Program-made: the position numbers and the translations under genes
Shown: positions 1-10,355 of the stretch, one piece after another
How the letters are laid out: each line of letters starts with the position of its first letter
Numbering within the stretch: position 1 is the stretch's first letter
Notes under the pieces: generated by a model
What the model was told of the DNA's origin: nothing
What the model saw: the letters and a program-made list of their open reading frames with translations, nothing else
Database searches by the model: none
Assembly: GCF_001194135.2 (NCBI RefSeq)
Contig: NC_069009.1
Location: 6,298,530-6,332,430, forward strand
Origin: Octopus bimaculoides
Lineage: Eukaryota
Direction: 5' to 3'
Length of the DNA stretch: 33,901 nucleotides

Positions 1-53
<53 letters not shown>

Positions 54-750
54 CACACATATATACAGTTCGGTAATAGGTCCCACACCATCGCCACCAC
101 CTATTGGCGGACAGTGTCCGAATGTCCGGTTAGGAAATTAATAGTCCTGTCTACGTACATTCTCAGGCAGCCATATTGAATTTCATAAGTGTCTAGCGAT
201 CACATAGTAGCTGATGACTCATTTCCAATAAGGGTGGCCGAACTGGGTAGGTAGGTGGGCATATGTGTGTTGTGCTAGTATGTAAAGTGGTGATGGTCGT
301 GGTGGGGTTGGTGAGGAGGAGAGGAAACCGAAACTATTGTTAAAGTGTTACGTTAGATTTGTGTGTGTGTGTCACATCTATATGTGGATTTATATAAACA
401 TTTCTGTGTATGTGCAAGTACATGTGTGTATATATGTGTGCATACAAATGTGTATATATATATTTATATATATATACTTATATATATGTGTGTGTATATA
501 TATATGTGTGTGTGTGTGTGTGTACATATCAAGCTATATTCGCATGTATGTGTGTATATGCACATGTATTGTAAAAATGATTTATTAACACATTCAGTAC
601 ACACATATAAATATACATACACATACATACATATACATACGTGCGCACAAATATGTGTGTGTGTGGGTGTGCATATGTATATATATATATATATATAACT
701 CCATATAAACAAAGATACATATGCATATATATTGCACGTACATGTGTATG

Positions 751-822
<72 letters not shown>

Positions 823-832
823 NNNNNNNNNN

Positions 833-864
<32 letters not shown>

Positions 865-1049
865 CACAATCACATACATATTCTATGTATATACATATGC
901 ATGCTTATATGTTTATATATTGATATATATATAGGGACATATAAAAACGTATAAGTCTGCATGTATGTATATATATATACACACACACACACATGTACTC
1001 ATACCTATTTAAATGAGTGTGTATGTGTATGGCTATTATAGTGTTATCT
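1..1049. repeat. (TA)n/(TG)n/(TC)n microsatellite-rich region, with a ~300-bp non-repetitive island at 56-360
   Basis: Dinucleotide runs visible directly; the ORFs here are YI/CV/SL low-complexity translations. Confidence 0.9.
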
Positions 1050-1430
1050 NNNNNNNNNNNNNNNNNNNNNNNNNNNNNNNNNNNNNNNNNNNNNNNNNNN
1101 NNNNNNNNNNNNNNNNNNNNNNNNNNNNNNNNNNNNNNNNNNNNNNNNNNNNNNNNNNNNNNNNNNNNNNNNNNNNNNNNNNNNNNNNNNNNNNNNNNNN
1201 NNNNNNNNNNNNNNNNNNNNNNNNNACGTATAAGTCTGCATGTATGTATATATATATACACACACACACACATGTACTCATACCTATTTAAATGAGTGTG
1301 TATGTGTATGGCTATTATAGTGTTATCTGTTTTCCCTCTCTTATATACAGAGAAAATAGTATCTTGTCCCTTTAACTAATTTTTTTACATGAATCTGTAT
1401 TCAATAGACAGAGATTTCATTGCAAATTGG

Positions 1431-1803
1431 CTTTGTTTAGCCCTAGGTCAGTCCTGATCTAGCAGGCATTTGATCAAAGTTTTTACTGCTGTCACTATCC
1501 CATCATTACTTCAAACACAGTCTATCTTGGACTACATTATCTAATGTACAGTACAGTAGTTTGTATTAGAAGCCGTAGTTGTTCTGGTTTAAGCTAAAGT
1601 CAATCCTAATCCATCAGACCTCTGATCAATGACATTCTTATTGTGACCATCCCAACTTTTATTCAGATATAGCATATCTGGGCTACGTTACTAACAATTG
1701 CAATTGTAGCACACCTTTATATTAGTTACCTATTAGTGGCTATAATTGTTGTTGTTTAGCCCTAGGTCAGTCCTCATCCAGTAGACTTATGATCAAAGAC
1801 ATT
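1431..1803. repeat. Tandem array of a ~150-165-bp repeat unit (about 2.4 copies)
   Basis: Motif TTTAGCCCTAGGTCAGTCCTGATC...GATCAA recurs at 1436, 1588 (diverged) and 1755; same family as 6018-6385. Confidence 0.8.
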
Positions 1804-2058
1804 GTGTGTGTGTGTGTGTGTGTGTTTCTGTGCATGTGCTTCTCTGTGCGTGTGTGTGTGTGTGTGTGCATGTGTTTCTGTGTGTGCGTGTGTGTGTGCA
1901 CATGCTTCTGTGTGTGTGTGTGCACATGCTTCTCTGTGTATGTGTGTGCACGTGTTTCTGTGTGCGTGTGTGTGTGTGTGCACATGCTTCTCTGTGTATG
2001 TGTGTGCACGTGTTTCTGTGTGCGTGTGTGTGTGTGCACATGCTTCTCTGTGTGTGTG
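1804..2058. repeat. Compound (TG)n minisatellite with GCACATGCTTCTC / GCACGTGTTTC interruptions
   Basis: Direct inspection; runs into an N gap. Confidence 0.85.
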
Positions 2059-2678
2059 NNNNNNNNNNNNNNNNNNNNNNNNNNNNNNNNNNNNNNNNNN
2101 NNNNNNNNNNNNNNNNNNNNNNNNNNNNNNNNNNNNNNNNNNNNNNNNNNNNNNNNNNNNNNNNNNNNNNNNNNNNNNNNNNNNNNNNNNNNNNNNNNNN
2201 NNNNNNNNNNNNNNNNNNNNNNNNNNNNNNNNNNNNNNNNNNNNNNNNNNNNNNNNNNNNNNNNNNNNNNNNNNNNNNNNNNNNNNNNNNNNNNNNNNNN
2301 NNNNNNNNNNNNNNNNNNNNNNNNNNNNNNNNNNNNNNNNNNNNNNNNNNNNNNNNNNNNNNNNNNNNNNNNNNNNNNNNNNNNNNNNNNNNNNNNNNNN
2401 NNNNNNNNNNNNNNNNNNNNNNNNNNNNNNNNNNNNNNNNNNNNNNNNNNNNNNNNNNNNNNNNNNNNNNNNNNNNNNNNNNNNNNNNNNNNNNNNNNNN
2501 NNNNNNNNNNNNNNNNNNNNNNNNNNNNNNNNNNNNNNNNNNNNNNNNNNNNNNNNNNNNNNNNNNNNNNNNNNNNNNNNNNNNNNNNNNNNNNNNNNNN
2601 NNNNNNNNNNNNNNNNNNNNNNNNNNNNNNNNNNNNNNNNNNNNNNNNNNNNNNNNNNNNNNNNNNNNNNNNNNNNNN

Positions 2679-2709
<31 letters not shown>

Positions 2710-3141
2710 CAAACACACAGAGTAACATACTAAAGACGGGGAACTTGTGCTGGTGAAGCATAGACTCGATTTGATGTGATACCTACACTATACCACAAAC
2801 TGAGATCTTTTTTTCCCAGCTTGTTTCAATGCGCATTATTTCATTCACCCATTCATTACATTATATATATATATATAAATATATACACAATTGTCTTCCT
2901 TAGCTTTTCTATTGTTCTATGGTTTAGAAAGATATAATGCCATAGCATAAAGCCTGCATTTATATACACACCATTCGCATAGAATTCCTATAAATTTAGA
3001 AACACCACATGGAAGATTTTAGAATAGAAATCTTTTCTTAGTTGTCATAACAATTGATATTTGTGTTAATAGTTTTGTGATGGAAGAGGATTTCTTCCAT
3101 GTTTTAAGATCTGAAGTTACTTATCTTTCATCTTTTATCTC

Positions 3142-3745
3142 TTATTCGTTTCGGTAATTAGACTGTGGCCATGCTTGGGCAATGCCTTGAAGAGTTGTGT
3201 TTGAACTAATTGACTCCAGTTTTTTCTTTTCTTTTTTTTAAGCCTGGTACTTATTTTATCAATCACTTTTGCAAAACTGCTATGTTACAAGGACGTAATT
3301 ACACCAACACTGGTTGCCAAGATATAGTTGGGGGCATACGCAGACAAAAAAATGCGCGCGTGCGCGCACACACACGCACACACACATTTATACACTCACA
3401 CATATAAATGTATACATATACATATATATATGGTTCCAATGTACTAAAACCAAAAGACAAAGACATGTGAGGGAATGACAAAGTGTTTGATACTCAGGAA
3501 AAATGGAAGTGTTTTGATGTTTCAGACCTATGCTCCTTGAAAGAAAGGATTAAAGAAATGTGCTTGGATCAACGATTTCACATGCCAGATAGGCTTCTTT
3601 CAGTTTCCCTCTACCAAATCCACTTGTAGAGTTTTGGTCAGCCTGAGACTTGAAGATACTTGCCCAAGGTGACATGCAGTAGGACTGAACCCAAAACCAT
3701 GTGGTTGGGAAGCAAGCTTCTTACCACACAACCACACTTCTACCT
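3142..3745 (-). mobile_element. tRNA-derived SINE family A (octopus-type), diverged, with extra internal sequence at ~3430-3585
   Basis: Head at 3588-3745 (A/B boxes on minus strand, CCTTGGGCAAG-type core); body and tail at 3142-3340 match other family A copies. Confidence 0.8.
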
Positions 3746-3810
3746 ATTGTTTTTATATCATATAGTTGATAATATACTCTTTTACTCTTTTACTTGTTTC
3801 AGTCACTTGA

Positions 3811-3985
3811 TGTAAAGTGGCTGAGTGCTCCACAGACATATGTATTCTTAATGTAGTTCTCAGGGAGATTCAGTATGACACAAAATATGACAAGATTGGC
3901 CCTTTTGAATTACAGGTACAGCTAATTTTTTTTCAGCTGAGTGGACTGGAGTAAAGTGATGTGAAGTATCTTGCTCAAGGACACT
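3811..3985 (-). mobile_element. SINE family B fragment (body)
   Basis: Reverse complement matches the body of copies at 13064-13313 and 23585-23974 (GTGGCTGAGTGCTCCACAGAC...CTCAGGGAGATTCAG). Confidence 0.75.
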
Positions 3986-4229
3986 GGCACACTCTGTCAG
4001 TTACAAGGGTGAGGATTCCAGTTGATCCAATCAATGGAACAGCCTGCTCATAAAATTGACATGCACGTGGATGAGTACTCCACAGACACTATACAGATAC
4101 CACTCATTTTTGCCAACTGAGTGAACTGGAGCAACATAAAACAAAGTATCTTGTTCAAGCTTACAATGCACTGCTAGGAATCAAATGCAAGGATTTACGA
4201 TTGTGAGCTGAAGACCCTAACCACTAAAC

Positions 4230-4673
4230 CAGGGATGGGCAACTTTTTGTCAACGGGGGGAGGGGGGTTCATCGTACCATTTCCAACAGGGTGAGGACCA
4301 CATGATAAAACACAGATGCATGAGATATTACTTGCCCACTTTACACTGAATTTTTTGCAGTTCTTCTTAATTTTATTTGTCGTAGTATGAAATTTTATTT
4401 GTTTTATTATGAAATTTTATTTGTTTTATTATGAAATTTTATTTTCTTAGTATGAAATTTTATTTGTCGTAGTATGAAATTTTATTTTCTTAGTATGAAA
4501 GTTTATTTTCTTAGTATGAAATTTTATTTGTTTTATTATGAAATTTTATTTGGCGTAGTATGAAATTTTATTTGTCTTAGTATGAAGTTAGTAGCCTAGA
4601 AACTCGTCAAGGGCTGCACAACAGCATGTCAAGGGCCACATGTGGCCCTCGGGCTGCAGGTTGCCCATGCATG
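4230..4673. mobile_element. hAT-type non-autonomous DNA transposon (MITE)
   Basis: 14-bp TIRs CAGGGATGGGCAAC (4230-4243) / GTTGCCCATGCATG (4660-4673); 8-bp TSD CACTAAAC (4222-4229) / CACTTAAC (4674-4681); subterminal palindrome GGGCCACATGTGGCCC. Confidence 0.85.
4368..4587. repeat. 21-22-bp minisatellite, ~10 copies (ATGAAATTTTATTTGTCGTAGT variants)
   Basis: ATGAA starts at 4387, 4409, 4431, 4452, 4474, 4495, 4516, 4538, 4560, 4582. Confidence 0.95.
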
Positions 4674-5099
4674 CACTTAACCATGTGCCTTCAAGCAATA
4701 AAAGAATAAACATAATTACCAACGTTTAACCTGGAAATAGGTTCCATGTCATTTTGTTGGGGTGTGGCTGAGGGCGGTAGGGCCCCGGGGGCAACTGGCA
4801 TCTTATCAAAATATTGATTGATACACCCCACCCATTTCACACAGAAATCCTGAAGTTCAAGTCCTGCTCCTTTTCTGGGGTGGGTGGATCCTTAATAAAA
4901 CAATTAGACTGTGGTTGAATAAGTATCTCACACCCCTGAGGAGTGGTTCCACCCAACATGTGTTCCATTTAACGATGGTGTAATTAAAAGAATATATAAT
5001 GTATGCTAATTGATTGGTGGTGGGAAAATTGTTTTGTTTCAAAGTCTGTCAGGCGTAAGTAACTTTATGGTGTGTTTGACCTGATTAATAGAAATAGTA

Positions 5100-5700
5100 G
5101 CTGAACCTCCCTCACACTACAACACCACCAACACCATCGCCAGCACCACAATCACATACTACCATCACCAGCACACTGTAACACCACCTCCACACTGCCA
5201 CCATCTTCATCACCATGACAACCACCACCCATCACCACAACCACCTTCATTGCCACCATCACCACCACCATCATCATTACTATTACTACAACCACCACCA
5301 GCCATCGTCACGACGACGACGACCACCACCATCATTATCACCTCCATCACTGCCACCAGCATTATCACAACTATCATCACCACCACCACCACCAACACAA
5401 CCACCACCACCACCATCATCACCACTATTACTACACAACCACCACTACCATAACCAACAAAACATACTACAACCTGACTACTACATATTTCCACTCGACA
5501 CCATCTCTCTCTCTTTCTCACACACACACACACACACATTGAAACAACTATACAATACACCACCACTTCCACTGCCACCACTTGAACACAACACCATGCT
5601 ATGCGACAATAACCCCCTACCCCTTCATCAGATATTTCCACCCATGAGGAATGACACCTACCCTAAACAACTTCAACCACAACAACAACAAACAATTTAA
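5100..5700. repeat. (CAC/ACC/CAT)n low-complexity tract
   Basis: Direct inspection; the poly-T/H/P ORFs are translations of the repeat. Confidence 0.85.
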
Positions 5701-6017
5701 TATTATCACAGATGTCATTGAAAGCAACTTGACACCTCAAACACCACCACCACCACCACCAGTGACATTAGATAAGGCAGGTACCTCTATGCAGTCTCTC
5801 AACCTGCGAAAAAACTACCCCACAAAACCTCCCGTCTATGACACCCTCCTGCTGCTGTTGTATTTAAGAGCTGAAACCCATCTCTTGCCTGTGGCTAATT
5901 AATGTATTTTTAGATATACTAACTGTTGTACATACGCCATATTTGTATATGCATTTAGCTATATAAGCACGTGTATATATGTAAGCATGTGTGTGTGTGT
6001 GTGTGAATATATATGAT

Positions 6018-6385
6018 GTATAGTACAGTAGTTAGTATTTGGTGGTTATAGTTTTTGTTGTTTAGCCCCAGGTCAGTTTGATCCAGCAGACCTATGATCA
6101 AAGATCATCCCATCGTTAATTCAAACATAGTGTATCTAGGACTACATTATCTAATGTACAAATTAAAAGTTAGTCTCGTGGCTATAGTTCTCATTGTTTA
6201 ACCCCAGGTCAAACCTGATCCAGTAGTCTTATGATCAGAGATGTTCCAGCTATGACCATCCAATCATTTATTCAGACATTGTGTATCTAGGACTACATTA
6301 TCTAATATACAGTATAGTAGTTAGCACTTGTGGCTATAAATGTTGTTGTTGTTGTTGTTTAGCCCCAGGTCAGTCCTGATCCAAA
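6018..6385. repeat. Second tandem array of the ~150-bp repeat family (about 2.5 copies)
   Basis: TTTAGCCCCAGGTC-type motif at 6061, 6197 and 6358; shared GTGTATCTAGGACTACATTATCTAAT. Confidence 0.85.
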
Positions 6386-6578
6386 AGATTAACCTGACAT
6401 GCTAGGATGAAATACTTTTCTCCCATTCTCACCGCCAACCTTTATATGCCCATCAACAATAAACATTCCATTTTACCAATTTCAGTATATAGGCCTGTCT
6501 TTTATACCAAGACAAAACGTGCAATCAATTAAGATCAGAAGTCCTAAGAATCACTACCAGGTACTGCATTGGGGCATA

Positions 6579-6630
<52 letters not shown>

Positions 6631-6645
6631 ATATTAGACACCGGA

Positions 6646-6790
6646 GTGGCTGTGTGCTAAGTATCTTGCTTACCAACCACATGGTTCCGGGTTCAGTCCC
6701 TTGGGCAAGTGTCTTCTACTATAGCCTCGGGCCGACCAAAGCCTTGTGAGTGGATTTGGTAGACGGAAACTGAAAGAAGCCGGTCGTATA
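6646..6790 (+). mobile_element. SINE family A head (rest lies in the gap)
   Basis: GGAGTGGCTGTGTGCTAAG...GGTTCAGTCCC (A/B boxes) followed by TTGGGCAAGTGTCTTCTACTATAGCCTCGGGCCGACC. Confidence 0.9.
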
Positions 6791-6794
6791 TATG

Positions 6795-6827
<33 letters not shown>

Positions 6828-7154
6828 NNNNNNNNNNNNNNNNNNNNNNNNNNNNNNNNNNNNNNNNNNNNNNNNNNNNNNNNNNNNNNNNNNNNNNNNN
6901 NNNNNNNNNNNNNNNNNNNNNNNNNNNNNNNNNNNNNNNNNNNNNNNNNNNNNNNNNNNNNNNNNNNNNNNNNNNNNNNNNNNNNNNNNNNNNNNNNNNN
7001 NNNNNNNNNNNNNNNNNNNNNNNNNNNNNNNNNNNNNNNNNNNNNNNNNNNNNNNNNNNNNNNNNNNNNNNNNNNNNNNNNNNNNNNNNNNNNNNNNNNN
7101 NNNNNNNNNNNNNNNNNNNNNNNNNNNNNNNNNNNNNNNNNNNNNNNNNNNNNN

Positions 7155-7329
7155 ATTGGTAGCATGCTGGGTGAAAAGCCGAGTGGTATTTCGTTCGTCT
7201 GCCGCAAAATTCTGAGTTCAACTTTGCTGCTCATCCTTTTGGGGTCAATAGATTAAGTATCAGTGAAACATTGGGGTCAATGTAATTGACCTCCCCCAAA
7301 ATGGCTGCCCTTGTGGAAAAATTTGAAAC

Positions 7330-7330
<1 letters not shown>
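7155..7330 (+). mobile_element. SINE family C (partial)
   Basis: GAGTTCAA B-box, CATCCTTTTGGGGTCAATAGATTAAGTATCAG body, (TTA)n tail. Confidence 0.8.
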
Positions 7331-7380
<50 letters not shown>

Positions 7381-7383
7381 TTT

Positions 7384-7590
7384 AAGGCAGTGAGGTGGCA
7401 GAATCATTAACATGATGGGCAAAATGCTTATCAGCATTTCATCCGTCCTAAGTTCAATTTCCACCGAGGTTGACTTTGCCTTTTATCCTTTCAGGGTCAA
7501 CAAATTAAGTACCTGCTGAGCACAGGGGTCAATGTAATTGACTAGTGCCCCTCTCCCAAATTTCAGGCCTTGTGCCTGTAGTAGAAAGAA
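7384..7590 (+). mobile_element. SINE family C, tRNA-derived, with a central block resembling the Nin/Deu-type SINE domain
   Basis: AAGGCAGTGAGGTGGCAGAATC head; GACTTTGCCTTTTATCCTTTCAGGGTCAACAAATTAAGTACC body. Domain name is from memory, not a search. Confidence 0.8.
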
Positions 7591-7639
7591 TTATTATCAT
7601 AATTACTTTGGGCTGAGAAAGGACTTTCAGACATTGGAC

Positions 7640-8415
7640 CTCACAAAGATGATAAGGGTCCAAGACTCCAGGTGGTTTGCTATGCTTGAGTAGACATGTG
7701 AAGCAAAGTAGAATAAGTAAAATCGTGGCTGTCCATGCATGTCCTATACATTCCTCTCCCAGATTCTAGTCTTGTGGCTTGTGGGTGCTGGTGTCACATA
7801 AAGGTACCCATGTTGGTGCCATATAAAAGTACTGTGCCTATGCCAAATAAAAGCCCCCATGATGGTGCCCCTGATGATATCACATAAAAGTGCCTGATTC
7901 AGGGCACACATAAAAATGCTTGTGTCAGTGCCACGTAAAAGTGCTCATGTTGGTGCCGCATAAAAGTGCCCACATCAGTGTCACATAAAGTATCTGCACT
8001 GGTGCCACATAAAATTGCCCATACAGATGTCACATAAATGTGCCAGTGTAACATAAAAGGACTTGTGCCAGTGCCACATAAAAGTGCACATGTTGGTGCC
8101 GCATAAGAGCACCCATGCCAGTGACATGTAAAGTGCCTGTGCTGGTGTCACATTAAAGCACCCGTACAGGTGCCATATAAAAGCACCCATGTCAGTGCCA
8201 CATAAAATTGCCCTTAACAGTTGCAACATAAAAGCGCCCATGCTGGTAAAAGCACCTACTATTCTCTGTAAAGTGGTTGACATTAGGAAGGATGTCCAAC
8301 CGTAGAAACCATGCCACAACAGATAAATGCAGCCCAAGCACCCCTCCGATTCACCAACTCTTGTCAAACTGTCCAACCCATGCCAGCATAGAAAACAGAC
8401 ATCAAAAGACGATGA
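7640..8415 (+). mobile_element. SINE-like family D with an internal ~24-bp tandem array and a (GAT)n tail
   Basis: About 19 copies of GTGCCACATAAAAGCACCCATGCTG-like units at ~7785-8255, then GGTTGACATTAGGAAGGATGTCCAACC...GTCCAACCCATGCCAGCAT...GATGATGA; matches 16830-17078 and 29010-29430. Confidence 0.8.
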
Positions 8416-8683
8416 TGACTAGGGTACTCCAAACTCTCATAATGCTTTGTTTTGTCCATAGAGACCATAATAGGAAGCAGTACTGAAGCTAAAATGTGAA
8501 AAATGCAGAGAAGAGAAGAAAGATGGCATCAAGAGATCTCTGGAGAGGAAAGTACTGAGGGTTCATGAGAACAGTCAGTGGGCTACATCAGTTTTATTGA
8601 TGATCTGTGTAACTATGGCTGAGTTAGAAAATTACTATTTTAAAGTCTCACAATGAGAGATATTCAGCAACAGTAATTTGGAG

Positions 8684-9010
8684 TAAAGATTGTTTCCCAA
8701 CAAAACATGCCAGTCCTGGTTTAGGATGAATGTTGTTGTAATTTAGCCCCAGGAGACATCATCTCCAGCTGGCTATATGATACGATCTGTGTCCGAACAA
8801 TTATTCTGTGCTGATGAAGGGAAACAACCCAGAAATCGTGATACACAGATATTGTTTTGAGCTGAGTGGGGGTGCTAGATTCCCTTGTTTGAAAATATAA
8901 GGACACAGATCATGTCATATAGCCAGCTGGAGATGATGTCTCCGGGGCTAAATTACAGCAACATTCGTCCTAAACCAGGACTGCCATGTTATGTTGGCAA
9001 GCAATCTTTA
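8684..9010 (+). mobile_element. Inverted-duplication element carrying a hammerhead ribozyme (Penelope-associated / retrozyme-like)
   Basis: Arms 8684-8794 and 8901-9010 are reverse complements (8 substitutions and 1 indel in 111 bp); the spacer contains the HHR; colinear homology to 20996-21088. Confidence 0.75.
8795..8857 (+). ncRNA. Type I hammerhead ribozyme motif (10.1-11.1 pair mismatched)
   Basis: Stem I TCTGTG/CACAGA extended by GAACAAT/ATTGTTT across an internal loop; CTGATGA 8811-8817; stem II GGG-AAACAA-CCC flanked by A.A; GAA 8832-8834; near-palindromic stem III ATCGTGAT; AUA triplet, predicted cut after 8843. Confidence 0.75.
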
Positions 9011-9129
9011 TGGCTTAGTTTGTTGTCCACCTAAGGTACATGTATGTATATGTGTTTATGTGTGTTCATAATGTATATAGCTCCATTGCAGTTGATATAT
9101 ATATATATATATATAAATATAAAACTTCC

Positions 9130-9265
9130 CACACCAGTGCCACATGAAGCACCTGCATTGTTGCCATGTAAAAGTGCCCCTACAGATGTCACATAAATGT
9201 GCCAGCATCGCATAAAAGCACTCGCGTCAGTAAAAGCGCTCGTGCCACGTAAAAGTGCACATGAA
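9130..9265 (+). repeat. Partial family D ~24-bp array
   Basis: GTGCCACATGAAGCACC / GTGCCACGTAAAAGTGC units as in 7785-8255. Confidence 0.7.
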
Positions 9266-9453
9266 CTCCAGGACGGAAGCCATAGGGAGTTGTTAACATA
9301 TTTGGAAATTTTTACTTCAAAATTGGAAAGCTCTAGCTATCAAGCAAAGGAAGAAAACTTGCCCAGCCATAATTTTTCTAAGAGGAATATTTCTTGAACT
9401 ATCACCAGGGTTCTTGTGTTTTAAGAAAAAAACCTTTGCAGAGAACAGTTATC

Positions 9454-9519
9454 GTTTAGAAAAACTGAAGAAATGTCTAGTTCACACTAGATATGAAACC
9501 AATGGTTTTCTTTCTAAAC
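9454..9519 (+). ncRNA. Type I hammerhead ribozyme motif
   Basis: Stem I GTTTAGAAAAA/TTCTTTCTAAAC (11 bp, one bulged C); CTGAAGA 9465-9471 plus extra A; stem II ATGTCTAG-TTCACA-CTAGATAT (8 bp); GAA 9495-9497; stem III ACCAATGGT; GUU triplet, predicted cut after 9507. Confidence 0.8.
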
Positions 9520-9864
9520 TGTAACTTTACACACACANNNNNNNNNNTATCGACTAATATATATATAAATTTAAAGTAAGCAGAAAATGGAGAAATACTG
9601 ATTAACAACAATTGACTAACATCAATTATTACTTTTTAATTAAATACAAACAGATTGTATCCCGTCTAACAGCTGTTTCGGTTTCCAATGTTTTACGGTA
9701 TTGCCACTGAAAATTCTGCAAATAATATTCATCATATTTGGTAATACATCCAATCTGGAACATGGAGCTTCATGAGAGTGAAGAAAAATACATAAAAGAA
9801 AAGAAGAGAAAAGAAGAAGAAGAAGAAGAAGAAGAAGAAAGGCTTAATATCTTTAAATTATACC

Positions 9865-10055
9865 ATTTTATCTTTCACTTGTTTCAGTCGTCAGACAGGG
9901 GCACCACCTTGAAGGGTATTTTTAGTTGAATGATTCTACCTTAGTGCTTATTCTATTAGACTCTTCTACTGAACTATTAAGTTACAGGGATGTAAACACA
10001 CCAACACCAGTTGCCTAGTGGTGATGGTGGGGGAGACAAACAGATACAAAGACAC
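9865..10055 (-). mobile_element. SINE family A body/tail fragment
   Basis: CACTTGTTTCAGTC...TAAGTTACAGGGATGTAAACACACCAACACC...GGGAGACAAAC matches other copies. Confidence 0.75.
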
Positions 10056-10207
10056 ACGCTCACACATAGATATAGACACACACAAATACACACATACATA
10101 CATATATATATATATATTTATAAATAAGGATAAGATCAATATTTAGATATCGATTCTATTAAGTGGCCAACATGGGAATAAAAACCATTAAAGGTAACAA
10201 TTATTTA

Positions 10208-10323
10208 AAATTGTAATTTAGGCTATCTAAGAGATACCGCCATGAACGTTTTATTGTGGTTTAGAGTCAAGATTTGGCTACTATTTTCAGCATGGCAGTA
10301 TCTCTTAGATACCCTAAATTATA

Positions 10324-10327
<4 letters not shown>
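10208..10327. repeat. 37-bp inverted repeat with a 46-nt spacer
   Basis: 10208-10244 versus reverse complement of 10291-10327: 34/37 identical. Confidence 0.85.

Positions 10328-10355
<28 letters not shown>

Larger units (their letters stand above)
3994..4693 (-). mobile_element. SINE family B copy split by a hAT-type MITE
   Basis: Tail at 3994-4090 and head at 4100-4229; the head resumes at 4674-4693 (RC TGAAGGCACATGGTTAAGTG). Confidence 0.8.

Noticed and set aside
205-250. CTGATGA at 211-217 followed by GAAC; overlapping TGACTCA (AP-1-like) at 215-221
   Set aside because: No convincing stem II, GAAC instead of GAAA, and no stem I/III. An isolated 7-mer TF site is not evidence of regulation.
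947-1328. 103-bp direct repeat (947-1049 / 1226-1328)
   Set aside because: Identical sequence on both sides of an N gap; an assembly overlap artefact.
7785-8255. Regularly spaced ~24-bp repeats resembling a CRISPR array
   Set aside because: Units are contiguous with no unique spacers, the context is eukaryotic and no cas genes are present. The same applies to 4368-4587.
9660-9700. Minus-strand CCGAAACAGCTGTT (HHR-like 3' half with palindromic stem III)
   Set aside because: No matching CUGANGA with a complementary stem I upstream; at best a decayed remnant.
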